Source: Ascidiella aspersa
Lineage: Eukaryota
NCBI GenBank assembly: GCA_963924565.1
Contig: OZ004608.1
Location: forward strand, 38,812,001-38,876,000
Direction: 5' to 3'
DNA length: 64,000 nt
In this document: positions 1 to 12,800 of the stretch, in pieces
Layout of the letters: every line of letters begins with the position of its first letter
Position numbering within the stretch: position 1 is the first letter of the stretch
Notes under the pieces: model-generated
What the model saw: only the letters and a program-made list of their open reading frames with translations
Told to the model about the DNA's origin: nothing
The model's database searches: none
Position numbers and translations under genes: made by a program

Positions 1-739
1 TTTCCCTAACCAAGGAAGAAACAACACTCAAATGTGATTTTAGTAAAATTTTAAACGTTTTGGATATCTTTTTATTTTTTTTATCATAGTGTTGAAAATA
101 AATATATAGATTTTTAAAACATTTAAAATTTTGTATACTTCTATCTGAGCTTCAAATGATATTCCTACTGTACGTCCAATCAACATATTTAATCATTCTG
201 CTTCAAACGTGACTATTTTCCATATTTTTTTAGATTTATATAAACGTTGACTGAAATCCATTATTAGTTGACATTTGTCCCATATCCAATCCATTGGTTA
301 AAATTAAAGTGTATTTTTAGGTACAATTTCTACAAATCTGTAAAGTAGCTTGAAAAGAAAAAAAACATACAATTTGATCAACTCAACATATTTAGCTTTG
401 ACTTTTGTTTTTGAAGTTTATTGTGTTGTTGTAACAACAGTTTTGTATTCCCATAATAGAGAGTGACAAACATTTAGTTAAACTCTGCTTTGTTGTTAAC
501 ATACAATTTGATATACTGACATCAGACGTGATACATTCGTTTTTATATAGTACAATGTTTTTGTATTTACACACATAGTAAAACAAAAATATCAGCACAT
601 AGAAAGTTAAAAACATTTTTTTTTGTAAAAATCAAAATATTAAAGAATTGGTTTACTATATACAAAAGAAACCTAGACAAAGTTTGAGATATTTCAAGTT
701 CAATATATTGTTGAATAATTTCCAACATTTATATTTTAG

Positions 740-861
740 ATTCTTTTTGTTTGGCCGGCACCAGGGTCCAGGTTTATTGGCCCAATTCGTCAGTTCAATG
801 GAACAGCGCCGTGGTGACAGGCCACGATGTAGAGGGACAACTACAGATCATGACTGACATG
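740..861 (+). CDS. KDM3: KDM3 exon 1 in window (phase 1->0), N-terminal Tudor-like region: [40 protein letters not shown]
   Basis: tttag| acceptor, |gtgag donor; resembles the JMJD1C/KDM3B N-terminal 'RVRVY..QWFTG..HD' segment (from recall). Confidence 0.85.
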
Positions 862-3800
862 GTGAGCTGTGGGTAATCACTTGCAAACAAGATTTATACT
901 TAGAAAAAGCTCAACAAAAACAGTAATATTTAGTAGACCATTGTTACTTCGTGCTTGAGAAACAACTATGCTTTTTATAAAAGTATCAGAAGTAGAAACG
1001 TAGGTAATATGGTGTGGGGTTCATGTGATTCATAAAAGTTATTTGCTTTTGCGGATTGAATAATTTGTGTTGTTTCATTCGATTTATATAAAGTTGTTAA
1101 TGATTGTACAAGTTCATCACTATAAATGAAAAATTTTAATTGACTATCTGTTTATAGTTAGTGTTTGTTTTATTTATTACTTTATTTAAAATGTTGAATT
1201 TTAGAGCCATAGCAAGTAAATGTGCTTTTACCAATGTTCACTATTGATTTAATTTTTGAATTTTTTATCCAAATTTTGTTTTGTTGGCATTATGTTTTGT
1301 TTTACCTTAAATTTGATAAAATAAGAAGACAACAAAATTGACCAGTAAATATAAAGTACTTTAAGAATCAAAATATTTACCTACAAAAACAAAACAACAA
1401 AGAGCAAAACATCCTAACAACCAGCTTTTTAACTAAAACAACAAATAAAACCGTTTTTTACTCAAGGTGTTGACTCAAACGTCGGTTAACCCTCGCTTGA
1501 CTCAAGTCAAGTTCCTCGACACAACGATAATATCGGAGATAATTCCCGATGGAGGAGCCACGGTTGTTCGAAGAAGCAGACGCAGCACTCGATACAATAG
1601 CTCCAGTTCTATGGTAAGTACAATAATATCAGATCGGAACCAGTACCTGATGCCCAGTCGTAGAATCTGTATTATACTAGGGTGGTATTGGTATCCATAA
1701 CACCAATAAAATGCTATTCAACGCAACAATTCTACATAAAAGGATTAATTTGTCAAAAATTATGAGGCTAATAACTAAAGGTAACTAAATTTTTTAACAC
1801 TAACACAAATTTTGGCCTTAAATAGCATTAGGAAATGTCTGATAATTTATCAGGTTGTAGCCGATACCCAATGTCAAGTAAAAGCATCTCTAATTGTCTA
1901 ATACTCTGGTGATATCTGCGTCGATTTAGTATGGTTAATGTAGACAGTGAATGTGAATTCATGACTTGTGATAGACTGTTTAAATTTTTTTTAGTTTTGA
2001 ATACAAATGTGAGGATGACCTTTGCACACTTTTAAACCTTTGCTTTTGTCCTATAATTGTGAATGGTATAAATGAAGCAAATCCAAAAAAAACTTTTTTT
2101 TTGGACAAAGATATATTTGAAACATTACCACGAACCTGTTAAACTACAAGTTTCAACTTTTAAACAAGTTATTTTAGATATAAAGCGGTACACTTGGCTT
2201 AACTATTACATTTAAGTACCAACTGCTAATTCCTTGCTGTAGTTACAGAAGGTTAACTTTTGTGAGACAATTTCTATTACTTCGAACACCCCATAACGCA
2301 CAGTATGCAACACTTGTCAAGTTTCGAACCATTTTCTTTTAATTTTAATTTGTTTTCAGGACTCTCCATCAGGAAAGCAGAAAGCCAGACTTGGAAAGCG
2401 ACGATCTTGTGTCGGACGTGTCGGATCCCAAATCACAACAGGTTAGGCTTTTTAAATACCATATTGATACAATTTTTTCAGGTTAAAAAATATATTTTTA
2501 TTACACATTTTTGCATAATTGTTTTATTTAAATCATCAAAACATTCTGTCTTAAGGTTATCACACATGAAAAATTTCAACATTTTTTTTTATTGCTTTTT
2601 TTTAACAAATATTTTTGGTTCCAGGAATGAAGAAATCGAGCAGCGGCCCGTCGTCCCCCGCAAGCAAGCCCTCTACCCCCGGATCGGTGGAACCGGCGGC
2701 CGAAAGCCCCGGCGCCCCAAGTCCCCCGACCCCAGTGGCACCAGCTACAGACACCTCAGGCCAATCTGTGAAAGATAAAACAAAAATTAACGAACAACAA
2801 TCACCAAAGCCCCCCGATGATAGTGGATTGTCTGAACAAGTGTCAATCAAATCGCCCCCAGAAGTACCAAAAAAGAAGCATGAGGTTGAAGATCATGGCA
2901 AAAGTGTGGAAGATAAACTTGCAACGAGTCTTGCGCAACAAACAGCGCCAACAGCACACGAAACACTTGATATTTTCAACCACAGGGGTACAACACAGAG
3001 TCCTGTATGCACGATACCAAAGAATTTATCCCCAGTAAGCGATCAAAATAACAGCTTAACAAACCCTAGGGATAAAACCCCACCATTGCTTAATTTGAAG
3101 GGTGAAAAACAACATGAACCAAGTTTGCAGGATAAAAAACAAGCCCCATCATATACAACGGGTGAAACAGCACCCACAGACCACACAGTTGAGCCATTAG
3201 CTCTTATCAAGGTGAAAAACGAGCAAGTTTTTAAACCCGACTCCTCAATGCTTCCCGACATCAGCGCAGATGAAGAGGACACTAAAAACGCTGCGTCGCT
3301 GTTACTCAGCATGTCCAACAACACTCTACACAGCCGTTTGATCAAGCGCGACGTCGATCACATGACCCAGCCGTCGACCAATCACAAGCCTACCTCAAGC
3401 TCACTGGAGCGTGTCGATTACAACAAAGGTGTAAGCAGAACAAGTCAACCACATCATTCTACCTCACTCCACGCAACCAACATCCGCCACAACAATATTA
3501 GTAAGTCCTAACATGTGTTGTTGTAAAAACTTGTCTACTTAACACCATACTCTGTAGGTTGTAACTAGGGGGGTTGTTCGATAATAGCATAGTATCGGAA
3601 CGGATACTTGATGCCAAGTGGAAGTATCGCTACTCTGCCGATACTAAGGTGATAATACCCTAGTATCAGTGCCAAACCTGAATTAGCCTTTTAGTCATGA
3701 TTTGCAATCCAGTTTTTGCGATCCTAAAATCCAAGTGGCACAGCAGACTTGGGGTGTTTTTAGGTCTCTTGCTGTGCCAACGATTTTGATGATGCAGTTT

Positions 3801-6800
3801 TGTTTGCGTTCGGCAGTTTGTCTATCATAGCATATCATTATGCTTGGCAAACATAAAAATTACGTATTTACGAGTTACAACACAATGTTTACCAAATTGA
3901 ATGGCATTTTTTTTAAAGTAGCAAATTAACAATAAAAAAATGTAAGTTTCCCAGCAGTAAAATACAACCCAACAAACATTATGTCTGAATTCAATTTTAT
4001 CAATTTGAATGAAATATGTTTTCTTTCAAAAACAAAACCTTTAGGAAAATAGTTTTTGATGCAGAATTAGAATTTTTTTGTACTATATGGAGAAAACATT
4101 GTTGCAAAGGTTTTGTTCAACCTTCATTAGTTAAATCAGACCTGCCAACCAAACTTTGTTCATACTTCAATGTTCATATTCATCGGTTTAGCAATATTTT
4201 AGCAAACAATTGATGTTGCGTTGAACTGCTTAGAAGGTGACTATGTTTTTGAAAGGTAAGTTTATTGAATTGTCTTTGCTTACAAATGGCAAATCATAAT
4301 AATGGGTAGGAGTCTGCACAACGTGAAGAATGTTAAACAACCAAAATCTGTGCAACCTTGCTGCAATTTTAAACAGTTACCTCTGAAAAAGCTTGAAGAA
4401 GTTCAAGGTAAGTAATTACAGAGGCAGATTTAAGCAGGTGTACTTAATTGTTATTGTCAGAATCTAAATCACGCTTCACAAACCCCCCAAAAAACATTTT
4501 TCGTAACTTCTGTAAGTTTTGCATTTCTATTAAAACCAGTCAATCGCAGTTGTGCCGAACGCCCTAAAAAAACACAGTCAGTGAAGTTTTAAACCTTTCA
4601 CAAGCGCGCAAAACCAACAGGCCAATAATCCGCTTAACTTGCCAACTCAATTCGCAAACTCCGTCGCATTTTTTCCGCTACTGGCGGTAGGGAGCCGCGT
4701 TTGAATGTCGCGATGGTGTGCGGTGATGCGTGACGCCGCACTGTGATTGATCGTTTTGTCGCCGTTTCCCGCTTTTCTAAGCGGATTGTTGCGTCACAGC
4801 CGATCGGTTTCCGAGTATAGGCCGATGGAAGCAAACATATGCCTTCGGGCAACTTTGTAGAGGTAATTTAAGCGGATAACAGATGCCTCTGTACATCTTG
4901 TTGATTAGATGAAGTTTATTTTTGGCAAAACTTCTTTGGAAGAAATCTTCTCACACTGACAGTTATTTACATCTTGTGGTTTTTCGCGTCAAACTTTGTT
5001 GTTGTCGAAATCCGTTCTACATTGTTTTGGGCTGGTTTGTATTTACCTTGCACATTAATACGATTAACAGTTGTAATTTGTGCAATATATATAGATCGTA
5101 CTAATAAATATATTTTCTCTATCCGTTTGAATAGTTGGCTAGACTGGTTGTTGTGTGAAAATTTATACTCATTTATTATGGCTGATTAAACCTTAAAACT
5201 TTCTGTTACCTGACTTAATAGTATTAGGTAAGTTTCTAAGTAATGTTCAGAGTTCATATTTTTATATCTTGCATAAGATATAAAATCACAGTTATAAATT
5301 TAGCCAAATATTTATTCCTACTTGCAAAATGTAATCGATTGACGATAAAAGGTTCATCCTAGCTTTGTTGGAATTGATTGATTAATCAATGTTACCAATG
5401 TTACCGTTCTTCGATGAATTTGCTCAAGCGCATCACCTCTAAATATCCTCACTTCACTTGCTCGTCTCACTAGGGCAAAGGTCAAGTGATCAGTCCTCTC
5501 GTCACGCTCCAATGAGCTCTCCAACGACCTGCGGTTTAGGTTGAGTGCTTTTGTTGCTTGGAGCTTGCATTATCGGCACCAGATATATTCTCTCAACAGA
5601 ACTCTAGATCTTTGTGTTAGAACGCTGTCGGTAACGGATTGCTTATGGCATCTTAGTTCCATTGTAAAGTTGTCACTAGCCTTTTGTTAAACATTACCAA
5701 ATTTCATTTTTTCGTATTTCGTTACCTCGATTTTTTCATTTTTTCATTCACTAGATTTCAAATTAAAAAAGGCCTAAATAAACATATTGTTCGCCTCCCA
5801 TGTAACACATTGCGTTTATGCGTTTATTTACTACAGAAGATGACAAATAATAATTTTGACAAGTAGCATAATATTAAATGTTGACAATTACTTCTTTTTC
5901 ATTGCGATACACGATAAAGGACGATAAAAAATCTACGATAAATATATAAACTGTTAATATTGATCAAAGGTACAGCGTAATTATTTTAATTTTCAAACGC
6001 TTCAGAAAAAGACACCGAACTACGATGATATAAAATCCATTGTAAACAGAAAAAAATTAACATTTACGTTTAGCAAAAGTATGTTAAACAAAATAGATAA
6101 AATAATTTATAAAAATAATAGCATATAAAGCAAACTGCGACTTTTTACATGTTTTTTCTGGCTGTTTTTTTGAAGAGTAAAAACCAAAAAACGATAGAGA
6201 ATTGTTCCTCCTATTTAAACTCCAACAATAGTTATCATATGTTTTCATGTTTTCAAAAAATCAGTTGCAGTTATTCAAAGCACCCCTTTCAATGTGATGA
6301 CGAAATTAAACTTTTATCCGATTTACAAATGTATAAAAATACATTTAACAAAATTTCATCCATTTTATGCGGTGCTTTAAGCACTTGTAATCCAAAATGC
6401 GCTTGCTTTGCTGAAAAGTTTTTCCACCTCTGGTGTAAAAAATAGGCCTAAATATAAATTAATCGACCGCCAGCGCTCGCTTACAACCCTAGTTAGCCAT
6501 TGTGTAGTCGTACTTGACAAATCGACCCCCCATTGAATCCCAACAGGTCTGGAATGTTGAAATGTGTGGAGAGATGGATTAACCCATCCATAACCCGCAC
6601 CAGCGCACGCGTTGAGCGCCATTAGAGGTTCCGCCTTCAAATATAGTGGGTATTTATTGATCGTTCCAAACATAAACTTATTTCGGGCTCAGTTTGAAGC
6701 ATTATATAAAAGATACAAAAGGAACACGAAGGTAAAAAAGACCAAAAGAACCACGAAGGTTAAAAAAGACCTAAAACATACTATAGTCACGCCAAAACGG

Positions 6801-9800
6801 CATTACCAGTTCTGCTTAAAAACTTATTTCGATTAACCAGAATTCACAAAAACATTGACACATCAAAAAATACTACATTTAAACGAATAAAGGCTTGTTT
6901 TAGGAGCATAATGGCTGGAGGTTGTAGTAAGACGTAGTAAGAATATCAAATCCCATACAGAAGTAGGTATCAACAGATGTTGATAATGAATAAAGATTTA
7001 TTCGAAATGCCACCTACCTCTTAGATATTCGTACTACGGCTTATTTTTAATGCGGTTTTATATATGACCCCCCCAAAAAGAGTCCTGTCTCATTGCTAAA
7101 CAGCCCTGCAAACCAACCATACTATCGCAGTTTGCCAAAGGCGCCACTCGAGTCTAGTCATTGTGACGTTCTGATTACATTGCGGTCGATTTATGGAGCT
7201 GTATGTGAAGGTTAATGGTGTTACAAGTGTGAGGTGAATTAGGAGATAAGTATTGAGCTGTAATTCAAGCATTTGAAAATGTGGAGGAATGTTGGACAAT
7301 CCAAATTCAACTTTCAATCGCCTATAACTCGAGTTTCTCAATAAATTCGCATCTAAACGTGTTAATTTCCTATAATCTTTATGTGTACATAATTTCTGTG
7401 AAAAATATGGTTAAAAATGTTGACGAGAAAAAAAAACGCGCAAACGGGGGCTTTTTTCTGTATGAGCTTACTCCCCGAAATATTTTCTTTATTTTACGAT
7501 CATGATTTTCGAATACAACATATGATAGATCTAAAGTTATCGCAGACTCACCGAATCTCTCGTTCAATGATGGAAGTGAGGTGTACTAATGATACGTGAG
7601 CCGTAATCGTTGGTCAAAACAGCAGCTTCAGAAGGGCTAGATCACAGTGGTTAACACACATTTGTGTGTGCATCTTTCATTTGAACAACACATGATTTAA
7701 TAAATAGTTCCTATCGCTTAATGCCTCGCAAGTCTAACAAACATTTCAGAAGGCGTCGCAAGAAAATGTTTGATAAGCACTGATACAACCCACGCACCAG
7801 CTTCCACGCCCTGCGTGATTGATGTATGTTACTTGTGGTGAACCACCTTTGGTAAGCCTCAACATTAGGGAAGTGATCACAACGTCTTGCGCTGCTACAG
7901 CCGGTGGAAGTATCATTATACCACTTCCCTTCACACCACTGACTTCAACTATTAACCCCAGGCAATGCTGAAAGTTGATTGTTATCATAGAAACGTTTTA
8001 GCGTTGGCTCTATGCACGGGCACTATCTTGCCTTCTAGCCGAAGATCTTTGGCGTGGAGTTCTTTTCTGAAGTATATGTAGTGCAGAAATTTGGCGTAGG
8101 ATTTCGTAAAACCAAAATTTGGGAGAAACTTTGGCGGCCACAAGTTTTGACAGATTACTTAAATATGTAACGTTGCTCTTCTTACCAAAAATAATCGTTT
8201 TAAGCTCTTTTCTTACATCGTTATTTTAGAATCAACATGTTGAAATGTTTAAATATACTCGGTTTCGGAACACTATGTTAGCTCTCACTTTGCCTTCTAT
8301 TTTAAACGTGACTTAAATTGCTGTGTATCTAAAGGTCTTTCGCTGCTTTTTGGGAACCTAGGCACATGTCCTGTTTATCTACCAGGCGATAGGAAAAGCG
8401 AAGATGTGTTTAAAAAAAACATTGAGAATATATTAGTTCTTCATGGACCCCCTAAAACTAGTTCCTGTACCTCAAGGGGTCCACGAACCCCAGTTTAAGA
8501 ACCCCTGCTTTGGATAAAAGACGCATATGTTGTAAAAGTCCAGACTTTTAGACTCGTTCAGGCAATTGTTTACCCTTATAAACAATCCCAGCCGTGGAAG
8601 AACAACTTTATCACATCTCACGAACCATCTCCACTCCTAACACCACAACAAACACAAGCACAAGCCTTTCCACGAAACATATCGCCACAAAGATCACCTT
8701 TTAAAGCCCCAAGGCTCTTCTTACTTCAGGCACAGACTAGCCAGCAAACGTGTATTGTTGACGTCATAATGGCTATAATGACACCTTAAACGGCGCGAGA
8801 TGCCAATCGCAGTCGATATTTCGCACCCGAGAGTAGGTTTGTTGCGACAACAGTGGCAGGTGATTTCCAACCTAGCCATCTCGTGCTAGGTTAACAAGCT
8901 CAACCAGTTATTTTCAACCTGGTTTTATGCACCGCTAGTTCGCGGATTATATGCAGAGTTTTGGAAAGAATGTGAGAAGTGTGATATTTTGAATTGTGTA
9001 GTTTCGGTCTGCTGCATTTAATTGACTTATGTTCTAACATCTGCCTCTATAGCGCTGTATTTCTTTAAATCTTTTTTGGGCTGTAATTTGCACAGATATA
9101 TCTGGGCGAAATGGTTTGGTTCAACCATTTTTTGACGCGGGCATTTTTAGCCCTCATGCGGAGTTTCGATTTTAACGCATTTTTTTGTCCACCTGCTGTA
9201 AATATTTTCCCTGTTTTAATGCAACATTAAATCGACCTGCAAACTAAACCCTGTGTTTTGTTAACCCTCATTTTTTTGTTTTTATAAATTTAAGTAAATT
9301 TCATTATTTTAAAACCAGCTGATGCACAGCGATAGTGAAAAGTCTAAGGTGTTAGGTGGACAGAAAAGTTGGAAAAGCACTGACTTTGGTATTTCAATCA
9401 AGGTGCGGCCGTTGTACTTTGCTCATGGAAGTGTTTGTTGTTTATTGCTCTCATGTGGCTGCCTCGGGCGATAAGCACTTGCACCAAGCACAGGCTTGCC
9501 TTGAGGCAGTTTTAACGTAGAAAGCTGATCTAGAAGTGTTGGTTAAATAAGCACATTTTTATTCAAAAGGTTATTGTTTTTCTGATAAAAAGCACAGTCA
9601 GTTAAATAATAGCCACAAAACCGCTAAATTAGGTCATTTCTATGACACCGAATCCCCAGGAAATAAGAGAAGTTCCAGGCAGTAGTTTATAGGTAACTTA
9701 TTTATTTAACATTTTTATCCGTAAAAATACCGTAAATATAGTTGTGAAAAAACAAAATTACGCACCATTTTATTTTCTTGCTAGAACCGATGATTCTTAT

Positions 9801-12800
9801 CCAGTGTCTGTAATTTTAAATAAATTTATTTTAGATGTTTTAAAACTTTATGGTCCTTGTTTATTTCTCACCCAACATATGAGTAATTGGTATGCGACCC
9901 TAAATATTCCAAGTGTTCATCACATACCCTGTATAAGATTGTTTGCCTTTATACCACAAGCAGCCTCGTCAGCAAGTTAGTCAACAAAAAACGCAGCCGA
10001 AGGTCGCCCATAGAGCCAAGTCAGCATCTACCTTGTATGCCTTGTCTCACTTTGTGTGCCTTGTCTTACTTTGTGTGCCTTGTCTCACTTTGTGTGCCTT
10101 GTCTTACCTTGTGTAGCTTGTGGCTAGCCAAGGTTGTGCACAGACCCACGCAACGTAGCTTTGTAACCGCGCGCCCAAAACACACAAACCGGTGTGCAAA
10201 TACCTAGGGGTGATAATATCGTATGATAGCCGATACTAGATGCCAAGTGGTTGTATCGCTACTCGTCCGATACTAGGGTGGTATCGCTGCCGATCCGATA
10301 CCAAATTAATATAGGAATTTCAGCTATAGTTTACGATTAAATACAGTGATTTTTACCTTAAAATGTCATTGTTTTAACAGACAGTGGGTTTACAACTGGA
10401 GATAAGCCACGTACTTAAGCCAGACTTTTATTAAGTTGGTGGGAACACCGACGGCTTTATTGTAATGTGTCCTGGGATTTGCTTTTTAATCCTAAAGGCG
10501 AGGACAAGTATAAATTTTCTCTGGCAACTGGATGCACTGTTTGCACTTTTTTTCAGCCAACTCAGAAAGATACAGTTTACAGTGATTTGGACACAAGCAT
10601 TTGCAACTTGTCATTTGAAATTTGTTGTTTCAAATGTTAATTAAGGCGTGGTGTTGTCGGTTTTGAATCACTAAACGTTGGAATGTTTGAGTAGCACTGA
10701 CCGGAACATTGTTTTCAAACCCCGGCATTGCGAAAAGGTCGCTACTGTTTGTTCGAATGAGTCATTTTGGGTTAAACTAGAAATTCAAATTGTTTTTTTC
10801 GTCGTATTGACCTTTGTTATTGATTAACGACAATCAGGTGACAACACCTTTTGTCGTTACACCATTTAAAGTCTGACACAATTTATTTGCTCCAATGTGT
10901 TTAACATTAATGCAAAGGTGTACAGCGAAATTTTGCATTAAAATATAGCACAAGCTCGCAAAAAGCCAGGGACAACATTCAAAAAAGTGAAATATTTAGA
11001 GAAATTTAAATTATGATGGCATCGTATGTAAACAGCTGGATAATTAAATAGATAATTTAAGTTTTTGAGTTAAAAACATTGCGATTTTGTCTGAACTTGT
11101 TCTAAATTGAATAAAAATTATATTCTTGTTCAGATTTTGGTAATAATTCTACCTTTTTCTACTTTCTAATTCTAATCTAATTTTTTTTTTACGGAAACTG
11201 AAATGAATATATTTAACCCAAGTCTCGTCGTGTATAATTCCCAAATATCTGGCGAAAATGCGCGAATGTGCTTCTTGTGTCCTTGTGTATAAGTGAAGCC
11301 AACAGCATTCCAGCACGACCCAGGCTTATTTTAGCTCCATCGACCTTCACAGCCACAAGCCTCTGTCAATATTTCCAGCAATCAGCGGCTTTAGCGAAGT
11401 ACTTGGCTTGCTAGAGTTCAAGGGCGTACAACGGCTAATGAAGGCTGCCTTTAACAAGCTCGTTTTACCTGGAAACTTGCGGTCGTTCATTAAAAGTAGA
11501 ATCAAAATCGACCAGCAACTTAGTTTATAGCTTGCAAAACATACTTAGAGACTTATTGCACGAATTTGTTATTTCAAACGAGTTTATGCTCACCGTGTGT
11601 TATGTGAACAGGGCAGAAATATTTAGCTTGATAATGAATCTCAAAACCAAAAGGCCGAGTGATTCGACATCATTAAGACGTTTCGATACGAACTTGTCAT
11701 CAGTTAATACGTCACAACTGCGTATCGAAACGTCTTTATCAAGATGATGTCGCTCTACTCGACCTTTTTGGGTTTGCAATTCATTATCAAGCTACATTAC
11801 ATATCCGTGCATAGTGCACTTCAGAAATATTTAGGTGTGCCATTTACTGATTGAGGTTGCTAACAAATTTATCAAAATACTCAGATGTAAATCTGTCACA
11901 GAATGCAGAGCTGAATACCATGCAACATCATAAAGTCAATAAAAGAGAAGTTACGAAAGTCATGTGTAGAACTTTCTGCTGAGGCCTTGTAAATGCCAGC
12001 GTGCTTAACTGGAAATTTGCGGTCGACCTTGAACCTGTTATGCGCTGTTGGGCAGATTACGGCGGTCTACATGACCTTTAAGGCGCAAATGTTATTCAAG
12101 ACAGGATTTCAATAACTTTGACATTTTTTGGTTTTAAATGTGTGGATTTTTAGTATGCCGGCTTTTTTCTTGAATTGCTTGCAAATTTTCATTACATAGG
12201 CTTCTCAGTTAAACGTGGTCGCCGCGGATTTAATTGTTTTTATTTGGTTTTGGTGTTGTCGCCGTAGTTGTCATGCTTAGATTTGTTGAGATCAGTTCTG
12301 AGCAAGTTTGCCCAAAAATCTATGGTATAATTTTTTCCCAATAATTCTGTCATATTATGTTTATTTTGCCTTTACTTATTGTGTGATAGCGTTTTGTGCT
12401 GTGTAGCTTCTGGTCCACAGAATGCAGACTGGTCAGAAATAAATAAAATTAAAATTTTGGTGACATTGTATAACTATCACTGGTAGGTTTTGAAAAAAAT
12501 TGCATTTTTTGATTTATGCTACTATTGCTACTATGTATTTGCTACCTCGCCACGAAAAAAGGTTGAGAAACACTTGTGTAAATTCACAAGCAACGTGTTT
12601 ATTGATATGCACTTATACAACCAGCAAAGCTAACAACCTTTGTACGATAAAGCGAATTCAGTTTCACAATCGCCAAACTCATGTTGTGGCCTTACCAACC
12701 CACACACACAGCAGGTTCCAGTGTAGATAGAAGTCCAGTAGCACCAGCTCTCAGCCTTGATTGATCACACACGTTCCCCTCCATTAATAATTCACCAGTC

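Noticed and set aside
3431-3436. Alternative exon 4 donor GGT|GTAAGC
   Set aside because: Phase 0 is incompatible with exon 5; the GTAAGT at 3501 is stronger and in phase. It would only work with an extra phase 0->1 exon such as 4377..4407 or by skipping exon 5.
6293-6420. RTGATGA as a C/D snoRNA C-box (also near 23712 and 46333)
   Set aside because: No convincing paired CTGA D-box with a terminal stem or recognisable rRNA-antisense guide.
6916-6935. GAGGTTGTAGT resembles let-7 (TGAGGTAGTAG)
   Set aside because: Seed mismatch, no precursor hairpin, and it is part of the multi-copy family A repeat.
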